DNA from: Octopus vulgaris
Lineage: Eukaryota
Assembly (NCBI GenBank): GCA_951406725.2
Contig: OX597824.1
Coordinates: forward strand, 620,001 to 684,000
Reading direction: 5' to 3'
Length of the DNA stretch: 64,000 bases
This document shows, piece after piece, positions 49,385 through 62,095 of the stretch (the first letter of the stretch is position 1; every line of letters starts with the position of its first letter). Below the pieces are notes generated by a model. That model was not told the DNA's origin, did no database searches, and worked only from the letters and a program-made list of their open reading frames with translations. Made by a program: the position numbers and the translations under genes.

Positions 49385-51508
49385 AGTTTCAGTTTAGCAC
49401 ACCAATTTCGACAGGATTTTGATTTTTATAAGAATGTGATGGATCATATCTGAAAACACATCCAGAAGTTGTGAAGAACGAATTTGTACGTAGTCTGTTT
49501 CTGAGAGCTATTGTATTGGACCTGTGTGTAATCTGGCATGCTAAACGTTGTTTTAATAATTCAGCATCAAGTGCTACAGCATGCCTTTTTTGATCTTGGG
49601 AAAGTCTGATCTCCTTTCTTTCTTGAGATTCCATCCGACGTACTGCGGCATGCATCTGCTGATCTTAAGAAAGTCTCGTCTCCCTTCTCTCTTGAGACTC
49701 CCTCTGATGTGCTGTAGAATGCCTTTGCTGATTTTGAGAAAGTCTCATCTCCCATTCTCTCTTGAGACTCTCGTCTTCGGTTTTCGGCAATCCTCCTTGC
49801 TTGATATGTGTTTCTGGAGAGATTACGTTATTTCTTTGGTGGCATATTCTTTCAATATTGTAATCAAATAATTATGAGCATAGAAAAAATTCATTAATCT
49901 CTATTTTTGTAAGCAGTTGTATGTATGTAGTATGTCTATATTTATGTATGCAGTATAAATTAACCAAATATAAGCAAATTGTAAATACCTTGCAACCTTG
50001 CAACTGCTGCGATAATTATGAACTGTTAATTGAACGGTAAGTGTGTATTTTGATATATCTTTGACATGCCACTTAATTGTTTTTTGTCAAGAGTTTCACC
50101 TCCAGCCACTCTCGCCACATACATAAATGTATATGTAGATGTGTGTGTGTGTTTAATAACGTACGTAACGAACACGCAAACACTCACACACTCACACACT
50201 CACAGACGCATACACATTCATTTACAAAATGTGACGATACACACACATACGCTCTCACATACAGTCACATACATATAGTAAGAGAGACACATACGGACAT
50301 ACACTCACGCATGTCAGTCGTCACATATGTACATGTATGTGTAGATGTGTGCATGTTTAATAACGTACTTAACACGGAAACACACACACACAGTTACAGA
50401 GACATACACACTCTTACACTCACAGACACACAGACACACACTCATATACAAAATGTGACGTCGTCGTAGTCGTGGTATAAAATGTCCTTTACTATCTCTT
50501 ACGTATCGAACACGATACACACGCACACACAGACACATACACACTCATATAAAATGTTCTGTACTATAGTTGACTATAGAAAGATTGTGTATGAAATGTT
50601 ATATAGTTTTACCGAAAAGGAAAAAAATTACATATTAACTGTCTTGGAGTGTAATACTATATAGTAAGAGAGAACATACAGACATAATTCACGCATGTCA
50701 GAGTCACATATGTACATGTATGTGCAGATGTGTGTGTGTGTGCGTGTTGAGTAACGTCCCCAACGCTGAAATACACAAAGCACACACACATTCATACACG
50801 CACACAATACACTTACAGACACATAGAGACTCATATACAAAATGTGACGTTGTCGTCGAACGTGGAAAAACACGCACACATTCATACTCACACACGTACA
50901 CTGACAGACATACACACCGATATACAAAATGTGACGTTGTCGTCGTCGTCATTGTGTTATAAAATGTCCTGTACTATATTTGACTATAGAAAGATTATCT
51001 CTCTCAAATGTTATATTGTTTTAATCGAAATGAAAACGAAAACTACCTGTTGACATTCGTGGGGTGTGATACTGTTACCTTGTAAAATCCGATTTGATTT
51101 AGTGGAGCTGTTTGATATATATAGATTAACCATATAGAAGCATATGTACGAACTGCTAATTTAACAGTAAATGCCACAATAGTTATCATAGATAAATTTG
51201 TTTAATATATATATATATATATATCAAGCACATGTATTAAATGTTAATTTAAGGGTTAATGTGTAACTGTAAGTACCTTGCAACCTTGCGACTGCTGCGA
51301 TAATTATTAACTAGTAATTGAATGGTAAAAGTGTATTTTTATATACCTTGGAATTGAAAGTGAAATAGTAAAAGCGAAGCAATATTTGGCCCCATGACAC
51401 TCCATGGACCCTAAGTAATGCAGATGTAAAATTTGAATGAAATCGGTTGGGTAGTTGTCGAGTTTTAGGGATAGCGATTCACACATACATCCTAAATTTT
51501 ATAGAAGA
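49385..51508 (-). mobile_element. 5' portion of a Helitron (terminus, internal tandem repeats, start of RepHel)
   Basis: Minus strand begins tctataaaatttaggatgtatgtg...aaaactcgacaactacccaaccgatttcattcaaatttt, which is Helitron 5'-end-like; ~80-bp direct repeats at about 49982 and 51270; no 3' CTAG/hairpin found. Confidence 0.65.
49389..49845 (-). pseudogene. Helitron RepHel N-terminal pseudo-ORF with 23-aa repeats
   Basis: MPPKK*RNLSRNTYQARRIAENRRRESQER..RLSQNQQRH... three 69-nt repeats, then FRYDPSHSY...VEIG; contains stops and a frameshift; truncated at (CATA)n. Confidence 0.7.
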
Positions 51509-51543
51509 AGAAGAAGAAGAAGAAGAAGAAGAAGAAGAAGAAG

Positions 51544-51574
<31 letters not shown>

Positions 51575-52077
51575 GTGAGATCTTTTAACTTGATAAAAGA
51601 ATTATGAAAACTTATTCAGGTGCAAACATTTTAAACTGTAAAGGAATCATGTTACCATTTATTTGACTGTTTGCTATTTAATTACTTATTTAAATATTCT
51701 TCTTTTTGCGCTCATTTTAATTTTCTTTTTATGTCGCAATTTTAACCGATGAAAGAAATCCTACCGAATAATCACTTTGATTTACTCAATTTCATTTCTT
51801 TGTACTTTTAACGTCCATCTTGTCATTATCACCTTGCTTGATTTTTACCTTTTTTCTCCCACTTCCGATCTCCCTGCAGCGGTAAACAACCTCTCGTCGA
51901 CATTAGCACTTGTACTATTCCTTCTTCCGCTTCTTTCTGCTCTTTATCATATTTTATAAGCTTTACTCTCCATTCGCCTTTCCCTCCCTCCTCTTATGAA
52001 TTTTGTCGATCTCTCTCCTCTGAAAAGAAAATACAACCCTCTTCCTCTTCAGCTTCCTCTCTCCCATTCTTTTCTAC

Positions 52078-52108
<31 letters not shown>

Positions 52109-52112
52109 TCGT

Positions 52113-52183
<71 letters not shown>

Positions 52184-52823
52184 CCCTCTCTCCCTTCTCT
52201 CTCTCATCCCTATCGTTTCTTTTCCTTTCATTACTCACTCCTTGTTTTGCTTTCCCCACCCCCGCCTAGTTTGCACATTTTCTTTTATTTCCCTCCGCCT
52301 CCGCTGTCTGCTTATTTTAATCTTTCTTTCTCTCCATCTCTCTTTCTTCCCTATCTCCCCCTCTCTCTCCCCCTTCCTCTCCATTCTACTTCAGACCATC
52401 CCTACATATTTCCATTCTCGTCCGCCGCTTATCTTCTAGACTAACTGTTCTTAATCTTTTTATTTTGTAGCACCTTTTTTCAAGTAGTTCTTATGCTTAG
52501 CGCACACCTAAGCTAGCGAGTGAGGCATCACCACTTCAACTAACTTAACGACGACGACGACGACCACCACCACCACGACCACGACCACCACCACCACCAC
52601 GACCACCACCATCACCACGACCACCACCACCACAACCACCACCAATACCATCACTGAACACAATTATTGACTGTAATTTCCATTAATTTATTTTACTCGG
52701 AGTTTAGTTAAATACTGATTTATTTTCTGATTTATTTAAATGTTCAATGATTCCAGGCGCAAACATAACTACAAGAACCAATCAAATGAACGAAACTATT
52801 ATTATTATTATTATTATTATTAA

Positions 52824-52896
<73 letters not shown>

Positions 52897-52899
<3 letters not shown>

Positions 52900-53624
52900 T
52901 AGTTTTATTTTTATATCGTGCTTTCACTTCACTACCGAGCGCAGCTCTGTGTGCCTTAGGTATGTGCTGTGATTTGTTGTGATGCTCTGATGGTTATTGT
53001 ATGGAAAGTGTTCTGCGTAGGATGTGTGCAGTGCCTAGTAGTGCAATTTTCTGTATGTTATATGTGTTTGTAAGTCCTGGTGTTTTTGTTATGTATTTGT
53101 CTGAATATTTTTTATCATGCCTAATGCACCTACTATGATAGGAATTGTTTCTGTTTTTAGATTCCACATTCTGGTTACCTCTATTTCCAGGTCTTTGTAT
53201 TTTGAGAGTTTCTCCATTTCTTTTAGAGATACGTTGTCATCTGCCGGTATTGATACATCAATTAGAAATCATTTTTTTTCTTCATGATCTCTGACAACTA
53301 TATCTGGTCTGTTGGCCTTAATTTCTCTATTTGTGTGTATCGGCATATCCCAGAGTATGGTTGCTTTCTCGTTTTCTGTGACCTTTTCTGGTGTGTGCTT
53401 ATACCATCTTTTTTCTGTTGTTATTCCATAATATTGGCATAGCTTCCAATGTATGTAGGTTCCAACTCTGTCATGCCTGTGAATATATTCCTTCTTAGCC
53501 AGGACTGGGCAGCTAGAGATAATATGATTTTTGTTTCTTGTCCATCTCCACATATTCTGCAGTTACTTGTTATATTTCTTTTCATTACATGTTTTTGGTA
53601 ATTTCTGGTGGGGAGGCTTTGGTC

Positions 53625-53625
<1 letters not shown>
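52897..53625 (-). mobile_element. R4/Dong-like RLE retrotransposon 3' fragment
   Basis: HIISSCPVLAKKEYIHRHDRVG...ILWDMPIHTNREIKANRPDIVV (CCHC remnant, RHD, PD nuclease motif); (TAA)n on both sides. Confidence 0.85.
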
Positions 53626-53685
<60 letters not shown>

Positions 53686-54226
53686 GAGTGAGAGAGCAGT
53701 ACATGCCATCAAAGTGACACTGGGGTAAAATATACGAAGCCCAGTATACCCATCATGAGTACCCGTCTGCTAAGGGTACACTAGGCACATGCATCACAAC
53801 CATATGTGCGCGACATGGTGATCTCATATCAAGATAAACAGCACATGACCAGTTAGAATTTTCTTCTGGTCGAGTAACCCATCCCGCTCAATAGGTCCCT
53901 GAATAAGGATTGTTTAAAGATGTTGAACGAAACATCCCTGTTTCCAGAGGTGAATTATTCAAACCTCAAAGAATCCCTCTCAACACACGGCTATGATGAT
54001 CCCCTACTACTTGTGCTCGTGATCAGAGATGCACATATTGTCAGCCACTAAGGGACATGCTCAACTGGTTAAGGTCAAACAACCGACAGGCAAATCTGGG
54101 GTATTGAGCAGAATATTTGCTGTAGCCCATCTTTTATACCAAGACAAAACAATGTACATGATAACACTTCCAATCAGTTAAGATCAGAAACCATGAGAGC
54201 CACTCTCTGGTACTGCATCAGGGCAT
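53686..54226. mobile_element. Non-coding repeat inserted in (TAA)n, possibly an R4-mobilised non-autonomous element
   Basis: Bounded by (TTA)n tracts and sandwiched between R4-like 3' ends; the cagtagttttatttt terminus recurs at 54244. Confidence 0.4.
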
Positions 54227-54451
54227 TTATTATTATTATTATTCAGTAGTTTTATTTTGTTGTGAAAGCACAACAAAGAACAACTAATATTTGTAAGCTT
54301 CTATTTAGGATTCTTCATCTTGCCATCTTGTAATAAACTTCAAAATATGATTTTCTTTTTTCATTTTTGAAAGCAGTAACTTTATGTCTTTAAAGAACCT
54401 GTTGAGTGAGTCTCTGTCCGTCCGTCCGCTCATGCAAACATCCATCCACCC

Positions 54452-54497
<46 letters not shown>

Positions 54498-55222
54498 TGT
54501 GAAAAGAGGAAAGAGTTGTGAACCAAACCGGAGATTGTGTTGAAGACAGACAGATTTGACCAGAAGGTCTTGAAGCATTTAGCTCTGAGCACAGAATATG
54601 AGAACCTGTCTGAAGGAATCTAAATTAGAGTTTGTCAGTATCTTCTTGTTTTGTGGTTAAATAGCCCCGAAAAAACCGGTTCACGTCTTGCTTTTATTTA
54701 ACCTTATGTCAAACCTGTAAGATGCATTTTTAAGGTAGAATTCAAGTACATGTATGTATGTATGTATGTATGTATGTATGTATGTATGTATGTATGTATG
54801 TATGTATGTATGTATGTATGTATGTATGTATGTATGTATGTATGTGTGTATGTATGTATGTGTGTGTGTATATATGCATGTTCTGGTTTATGTTGAAAAT
54901 TTCTCACCATTAGAAAAAGAGTGGGCCTTAATGCAGAAAAAACAATACCCTTTCACCGAAATTCTAACAAGATTTCTGTATTAAATTTTTTCGCATCAGT
55001 AACGAAAGAACTTATTCTAACCCGAAACAACATTAAAAAGGAGTCTTTCACTGGAATTTAAATAAGTATTTATAAATAGAAATTTTGGTTTTAGCTTCGA
55101 AATTTCTCACCAATAAAGAACCGGTTTCTAACTAAAAGAAGAGGGCTCTTTCATTGAATTAAACAGCATATCTGTCTGTCTACCTGCCTGTCTGCACGTC
55201 TGCATGCTTGCATGTATGTATG

Positions 55223-55256
<34 letters not shown>

Positions 55257-55339
55257 TGTATGTATACGTGCAGATTTGTATGTTTTTATGTATGTATTCT
55301 CATGCTTATAGTTGCATATCTAGACATGCTTATATATAT

Positions 55340-56650
55340 TTAAATGATAAACTTCTGGAAAGATTTTACAGTCCCAGTGATAGAATTGGATCGGTAGTCT
55401 TCGAATTAGCTTTCTCCTTTCTGGTTTTGAGAAGCCTTATTTCTCAAGATTGGTATTTAGGCAGTGTGTTACATATCCCCGAGCCTCAATAAGTACAGGT
55501 ATAAACCTGAGCTTGTAATCTGGATAGAATAACTGTAGATTTCTCAATAGTTCAACATAGGTGTTCTCTTTTTTACTGATCTTCAGCTTTATGTTAACAT
55601 TCGCTGAGCGGCTAAATTCCACAACTGTAAACAGTTTCTCTTCTCTAACCCAAACCATTGTGTCAGGTCTGTTGTGTTTTGAGGTTTTATTGAGGTTTTC
55701 ACTGGGACATTCCATCAGTATTCCTTTTTATCGTGAGTGACTATGGCTTCTACCATATTGTGGGTTCTTATTTCTTTGTCCTCGGAATTATCCTTTCGAC
55801 GGATCTCGTTATACAGTGTCCTAGCTTCAACAACATGTCTCATCGGTAGATAGTACCCTAATGTCATTTTCGGACAACTGCTTATGATGTGAGTGATATC
55901 CTCAGTGTTACCTTCTCAAAGTCTGTATCGGTTGTCACATTTTACTGCTTTTCCTGCATCTCTATCCCTTTTGTACATCAGGTATTTGGTTGATATTTCC
56001 TGTTCCTGGATTGCAAACGCATCCTCTTCAAAATGGGAGGTAGTAATCCGGCTATTGGTCCATGATAGACTGCTTTGATGACCGATCATCACGGAGCTTT
56101 CTACTAACATACCCATGCATAGTCTTCTGCTCATAAAGGCTCATCCTTTCCTCTAATGATACGTTGCGGTAGAGATGTACGACATCTTTGGGCATGTATT
56201 CTAGGTTATCAGAGAAAGAATGTTGCTCAAAGAGCTGCCTTCCAGGTATTATGATGCTATCAGCCTCATCTATGCAAACTTGGTCAAGGGATGCACTTCG
56301 ACGCTTTCTGGTTAAAAGATGTTGCCGAAGGGATATGATGCAACATCCAAAGGCACTTTGGATCGATGCTAAGCCTCTTCCTCCTTGTTTTCGTTTTAGA
56401 TAGAGGTAATCTACGTTTATGTGGACATTATGTGTGCATGTTAGTATTTTTCAGGTTTTCACATCAATGGGTCGGACCTCTCCAAGCATCCAATGAAGCA
56501 TCCCAAATGTTGGTATGAGTCCTGGCACTGCAAACACATTGTGGGCCATTGTTTTTATAGAATGCAGAGAATGCTGAGGACCAAATTTTCTTTATTCGGC
56601 TGTAATATTCTTTAGTGACAGGTGTTTTGTCATGGGCACCATTGTAAAAT
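55340..56650 (-). mobile_element. Second R4-like RLE LINE fragment (RT thumb to endonuclease)
   Basis: Fragments KEYYSRIKKIWSS, AFAIQEQEISTKYL...KCDNRYRL, KHNRPDTMVW...KKENTY...FIPVLI; many frameshifts. Confidence 0.8.
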
Positions 56651-57744
56651 CTTTTCATCCACCCCTAAAAAAATCCTTATGATCGTGAATAAAAGGCTTC
56701 TTCAGTTAATTCAGCTGAGGATTAACCATTTATTTAACAGTAACTTGTTAAGTGGCGATGATATTTCAATGATTCTGGAGAAATGCGTTCAGAAACGCTT
56801 ATATATATTCTATTCATGAGATTCTGGTCTGCAACTGACCGGTAGGTTTTCGCCATTTAATTGCCCTTGTGTTGAGTAATGTGTTTTGTTTCTTTCAACG
56901 CCTATCTGCTTAATAAATTTATAACCATAAGACACCTCCAATACAAGGTTAATTTTCTTCCTTCCAGAACCCGACAATCGAAACTTTCCCCACCGTTTTC
57001 TTACTCTGAAATTTTAGACCCCTAATCTTAAAGGCTATGCTATTGATGCTATATGCTTTTGATGCAGTACAGGGGTAATATATTCCGAATCTCTTCAAAC
57101 CAAGATTCATCTCAATTCAACTCCTTTCTCTCTTTCCAGATTGCTTTATTAAATCTCTCTTTATTTATCTATGAAATTGTTGATTGGTTTCGATTAAATT
57201 TATTATTATATTTTTTATAGCTACTCTCTTCTGATAATTGAGTTTTTCAAGGACAGATTTTCAGCTTTATTTATGAGGGATCAATTTATAATCAAAACTT
57301 TTCTTTTTATTACCTTCAAGCTTTATTTGTCACTTTCTATAATTTAGAAGTGTAATTGTGTGTTTGTTTGTTTAACCATTCCCACATAAACGATAGTATT
57401 TCTTAAATCACCGTATATCATCGATATTTTTTTCTTTTCTGAAAATCCATCAGTGAGCTGGAAGAATTGTTACCGCATCAGACAAAATGCTTAGCGGCAG
57501 ATCTTCCATTTTTACGCTGCAACTTCAAATGTCGCCGAAGCTGACTTTCGGTGTCGATTAAATAAGTACCAGCTATACACTGGGGTCAATGTAATCGACT
57601 AACCCCATCCCCACAAAATTTCAGACCTTGTGCTTATTGTTGAAGACTGTTATCATTTTCGCTGTTGCTTTGTTTTAAATAAGCTGTTCCAAGTCTCACC
57701 CAGAGATCTCCAGTAACAGCAAGTCGGGTGGTTTATTACGGGTG

Positions 57745-58170
57745 GTTTATTACGGGTGTTATTTATAAGTAGCTCTGATACACTGCAGGAAAAAGGGACC
57801 GGATACTGAGAATTACAATTTCATTAGGAGTTTGTTGTAATATTTGCTATTTTGAAAGGGTTTAAAAGATTCAGATATTCTCTGGTTGACAGTGTCTTTC
57901 TTAGAATAGGGACTACTTGACAGGGTTCCTCTTATGATGTGGGCACTACTCATGAGAACAATTTTTTGTAAGATCTGCTATTTTGGGTTTCCTGGTATTT
58001 TGACCGCAGTACTTAAGACTGCCCTTTGGTATTATCCTCAAAGCCCTGATGCTCACAAGGACAGTTGTCGTTCCTGAGCAGACGTTTTATCAATGTCATT
58101 TCTCACCACAATATCTGTTTTATTGGCCTGAATCGATCGATCAGTTTGAATACTGAAGTCCGAAAGACAT
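57745..58170 (-). mobile_element. Degenerate R4-like 3' fragment
   Basis: Remnants of the I.ANK.DIVV and GALG.I.K-type motifs on the minus strand. Confidence 0.5.
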
Positions 58171-58294
58171 TGTCAACCTAAACCTACAGGATGTTCCAGT
58201 CACGACCACGCTGTTCCATTATCTAATGTATCTTACGCTAAGCAAACACACACGCACACGTACGCACACACATACACACACACACACGCACGCA

Positions 58295-58326
<32 letters not shown>

Positions 58327-58545
58327 CAGCAAGAAAAACAGTATGGTGTTATTTGTGGGAGATTTCGCTGCTATTTTTAGCACGTAGAATGCACGAGCGG
58401 CGGGCTGTTTGGTCGGCTCACAGTCGATCTGTGGAATTTGATGCCTGTTTCGATATATTCATGAAATGATGCTGAAGATTGTCAAATACCAAACCTGCGG
58501 CATCCGTTATGTTTCTGAATAGAATATTCTTGGGGCATTTTCCTT

Positions 58546-58598
<53 letters not shown>

Positions 58599-59686
58599 AG
58601 TAGCAAAAGCATTACAACTGAATTCTGATTCAGACTTTGGTTTCTTTGAGACTACCAAAATATATTGCAGATATTCCAACTCTTATTAAAGCAAACGTAA
58701 ACACATTCAAATGATAAAGTCCTCCACTTGTTGTTGTTGTTGTTGCTGTTATTGCTTTCATTGTTGTTGTTCAATCTCCAGGTCGGCCACAATTCAACAA
58801 AACCACCATGCAATGGCTGCCCTTATCTGTTCAGAAATCAGTAGGACTTCATTGTCTAGTGTGTCCTTTCCTGCTTCCAACTAAATAAGAGCTTTACTCT
58901 TATTGTGAAAAAGCACTCGCTGTATGCTTAAATCCACTCAAGACAAGCAAGGGCGATGGCTGAAAATACGAAGCAGAAAAGAAAAGATTGAAAAGGGGCT
59001 GACTTCACCGAAATCTCAGTTAGTTAAATTTACATATAGAATCGAAAATTTAATCTGATCTTTGCCTGACACGCTGACAGTTATTGACATGCATCGATAC
59101 TCATCAATGAAGCGTAATCTCAACTTATTTTTACTTCATAAAATATTACAGAAGGTACGCCGACTGCACATATGAAAGCTGTCTAGTTCCGTTAGCATTT
59201 TAATATTCGACTGTCATTAGCATTTCGCATTCAGTTACACGTCAAAGTAAAACGATAAGAACAAAGATGAACGACTGAATAGTTACAAGGTACAACCTTC
59301 TTAATGGAATTAATTCTAAAGACGAAGAATTATTTCATTCTAATTACCATTAGCATGCTGAGCCAGAGAGCATTGGCGTGACATTATAAGACAGTTGAAT
59401 AGTGATATAGAAGTGCATTTCTAGAGATACTTGAGAGACTTGGATGTTCTTAGTGTATCGATGATGGCGAAACACGAATAAAAGCTCAGCGCAAAAACAA
59501 AACAAAACCAATCGCGTCAGTTTCGATGTTTATATATTTATTCATATTTATGTTCTACGCCAAACAGCGAACACTAACCTCGTTGGTTACAGATCTTTCA
59601 ACGAACCAATCAGTGGTGTGTTGGAAGGTCTTACGGTGTGTGTGTGTATGAGAGCAAGAGGGAGAGAGAGAGGGAGAGAGAGAGAA

Positions 59687-59728
<42 letters not shown>

Positions 59729-60085
59729 GGGGGAAAGAGATAACGAGTTGGTGAGATTACAAACATACGTAAATACAAATACGCATTCATAGAAATGTAT
59801 GTATGCATACATACACGCACACATGTACACACACATACACACACACACACACACATTCGGGGTATGGAAAAGTAATGTCGGATTTCATGTAACTGAGTTC
59901 AAATCAGAGCATAAAACACATCGTAAACATACTTATTCATTCGAAATATAATCGCCATCGTTTGGCCGTGAACATTTGGTCATTAACTCTATCCTGATTG
60001 GTTGAATGCAAGGACTTCTTTTATTGGCTTGTACAGTATTGTTGGTATGACGCCACCTGTTTGCTTGAAAGTACATCACTTTTTG

Positions 60086-60150
<65 letters not shown>

Positions 60151-60409
60151 TATACAAATAAGAAAATGGAGAAACAAATTTAGTTTCTTCATCAACTTTC
60201 GGATATTATAATGTTGGAATATTTATTCATTTAACAAAATGAGAACATCAAAGATATAAGACAAGAATACAAATTATAAAAGTCACGAGTTAATTGCATT
60301 GCAATTAAAAACATTTATGTATTAAGAATCTGGGTACTGTACCAACAGTATATTGGATAAATGCTATCCCTTAGTGGGTTACACCCATAACCCATATCTT
60401 ACTTTATAC

Positions 60410-60448
<39 letters not shown>

Positions 60449-60451
<3 letters not shown>

Positions 60452-60650
60452 TAATCCAAACAAGAAAGCACAAAGAGAAAACACAACAACGCGAGGACGT
60501 GGAACAAATATAGTATTATTGGACGCTCAGGAAAGAAGGAGGGTTTAACGTTTCGAGCGGAGCTCTTCGTCGGAAACATAGGAGAAGGAAAGATCCAGAG
60601 AAGGGAAGACAGAGGAAAAAAATCGCCAGCGGTACACACGAGGTCACATG
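60449..60650 (-). mobile_element. Penelope-like terminal repeat with a minimal hammerhead-like motif
   Basis: Minus strand: GTTT-CCGACGA-a-GAGC tcc GCTC-GAAACGTT-AAAC at about 60543-60577; inserted next to (TA)n. Confidence 0.55.
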
Positions 60651-61307
60651 GGATTACACAACCCTGGCAGATATCAAGTATATAGGCGCAGTCATGGCTG
60701 TGTGGTAAGAAGCTTGCTTCCCAACCACATGGTTCCGGTTTCAGTCCCACTGCGTGGTACCTTAGATAAATGTCTTCTAGTACATCCTCGAGCTGAACAA
60801 AGCCTTGTGAATGGATTTGGTAGATGGAAACTGAAAGAAGCCCGTCATATATAATGTTTGTGTGTGTGTGTGTGTCTGTGTGCGTCTTTGTTCCTCACCA
60901 CCGCTTGACAATTGGTGTTTGTGTGTTTACATAGGAGTAACTTAGCGGTTCAGCAAAAATGACCGATAGAATAAGTATTACGCTTTAAAAGATAAGTCCT
61001 GAGGTGGGTCGATTTATTCGACTTCAAGGCGATGTCTCAGCGAATGACTAAAACAAGTAAAAAAAAAGAAGATAAAAGATATATAAATTTATACAACAAC
61101 AACATGGAATAAACAGGTTTTTATTACAAATTGCAACATTTGTTTCTGTACAGTGGCAATAGCTGCAAGTTGCTGAGTTTTCATTCTCATACCGTTACAT
61201 AAATCATTTTATGAATAATTACATAAATGAATATAATTCCTCAACAACTGTGTGCCGGAATTTCCTCAGGTGGGTTGTTTCTAAAGTATTATATATATAT
61301 ATATATA

Positions 61308-62095
61308 CAAAGTCTGATCAATAAGTATCCGGTCTGTTGCCATAGTAACTAAGCTAAAGCATGCAGAGTGAAGCTGCATGGCAAAGATTGACCTTAAACT
61401 CTGCTGTGCATGCGCACTAAGTTTTAACGTTCAAGCTCACTTCCGGTGTTTACAGCAGTGCTTGGTGGGAAGGTGTGTAGCGTGTGATCGTCGCACTGAC
61501 CATGACAGAGAAGGATGTCATGGTGATACCTGCTCAGAGGCCTGCACAAAGTTGCAGAAAGTGTACGGAGAGGAGTGCATGAGCCGCACACAAGTGTACG
61601 AGTGGTTCAGATGTTTCCAAGATGCCCCCAAAAATGCCGATATTGACGAACTTCTAGGAGATCCACAACCAGCAGAACTAAGAAAAACATCGCAGATGTA
61701 CGTGCAGCTGTGAGGGGGAAATCGTCGAATCACCATCCGTGAGTTATCAGAGGATGTGTAGTTCGGTTACCGTTCAGTTCTGTCCATTATCAATGAAAAT
61801 TTAGGTATGAGACGCGTGTCTGCCAAGTTTGTGTCAAAACTGCTTTCAGCTGACCAAAATGGAATTCGGGTTTCAGTCGCACAAGAACTTGATTCTGTCG
61901 AGAACGATGAAGACTCTTTTGAAAACTTTGCGTAGGCCTTTGAACCGGTATCACCAAGCTTTTAGCAAAGTTTGATGTAGATTCTTTGCTCAACTTTCTC
62001 TGTCATGGTCAGTGCGACGATCACACGCTACACACCTTCCTTCCAAGCACTGTTGTAAACAGAGGGAGTGAGCTAGAACGTTAAAACTTAGTGCG
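61308..62095 (+). mobile_element. mariner-family transposon derivative with an N-terminal HTH remnant and a fold-back 3' end
   Basis: TA plus TIR caaagtctgatcaataagtatccgg; remnant LQKVYGEECMSRTQVYEWFRCFQD...NRRITIRELSEDV...LGMRRVSAKFVSKLLSADQ; 61921-62095 is an inverted copy of 61413-61558. Confidence 0.85.
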
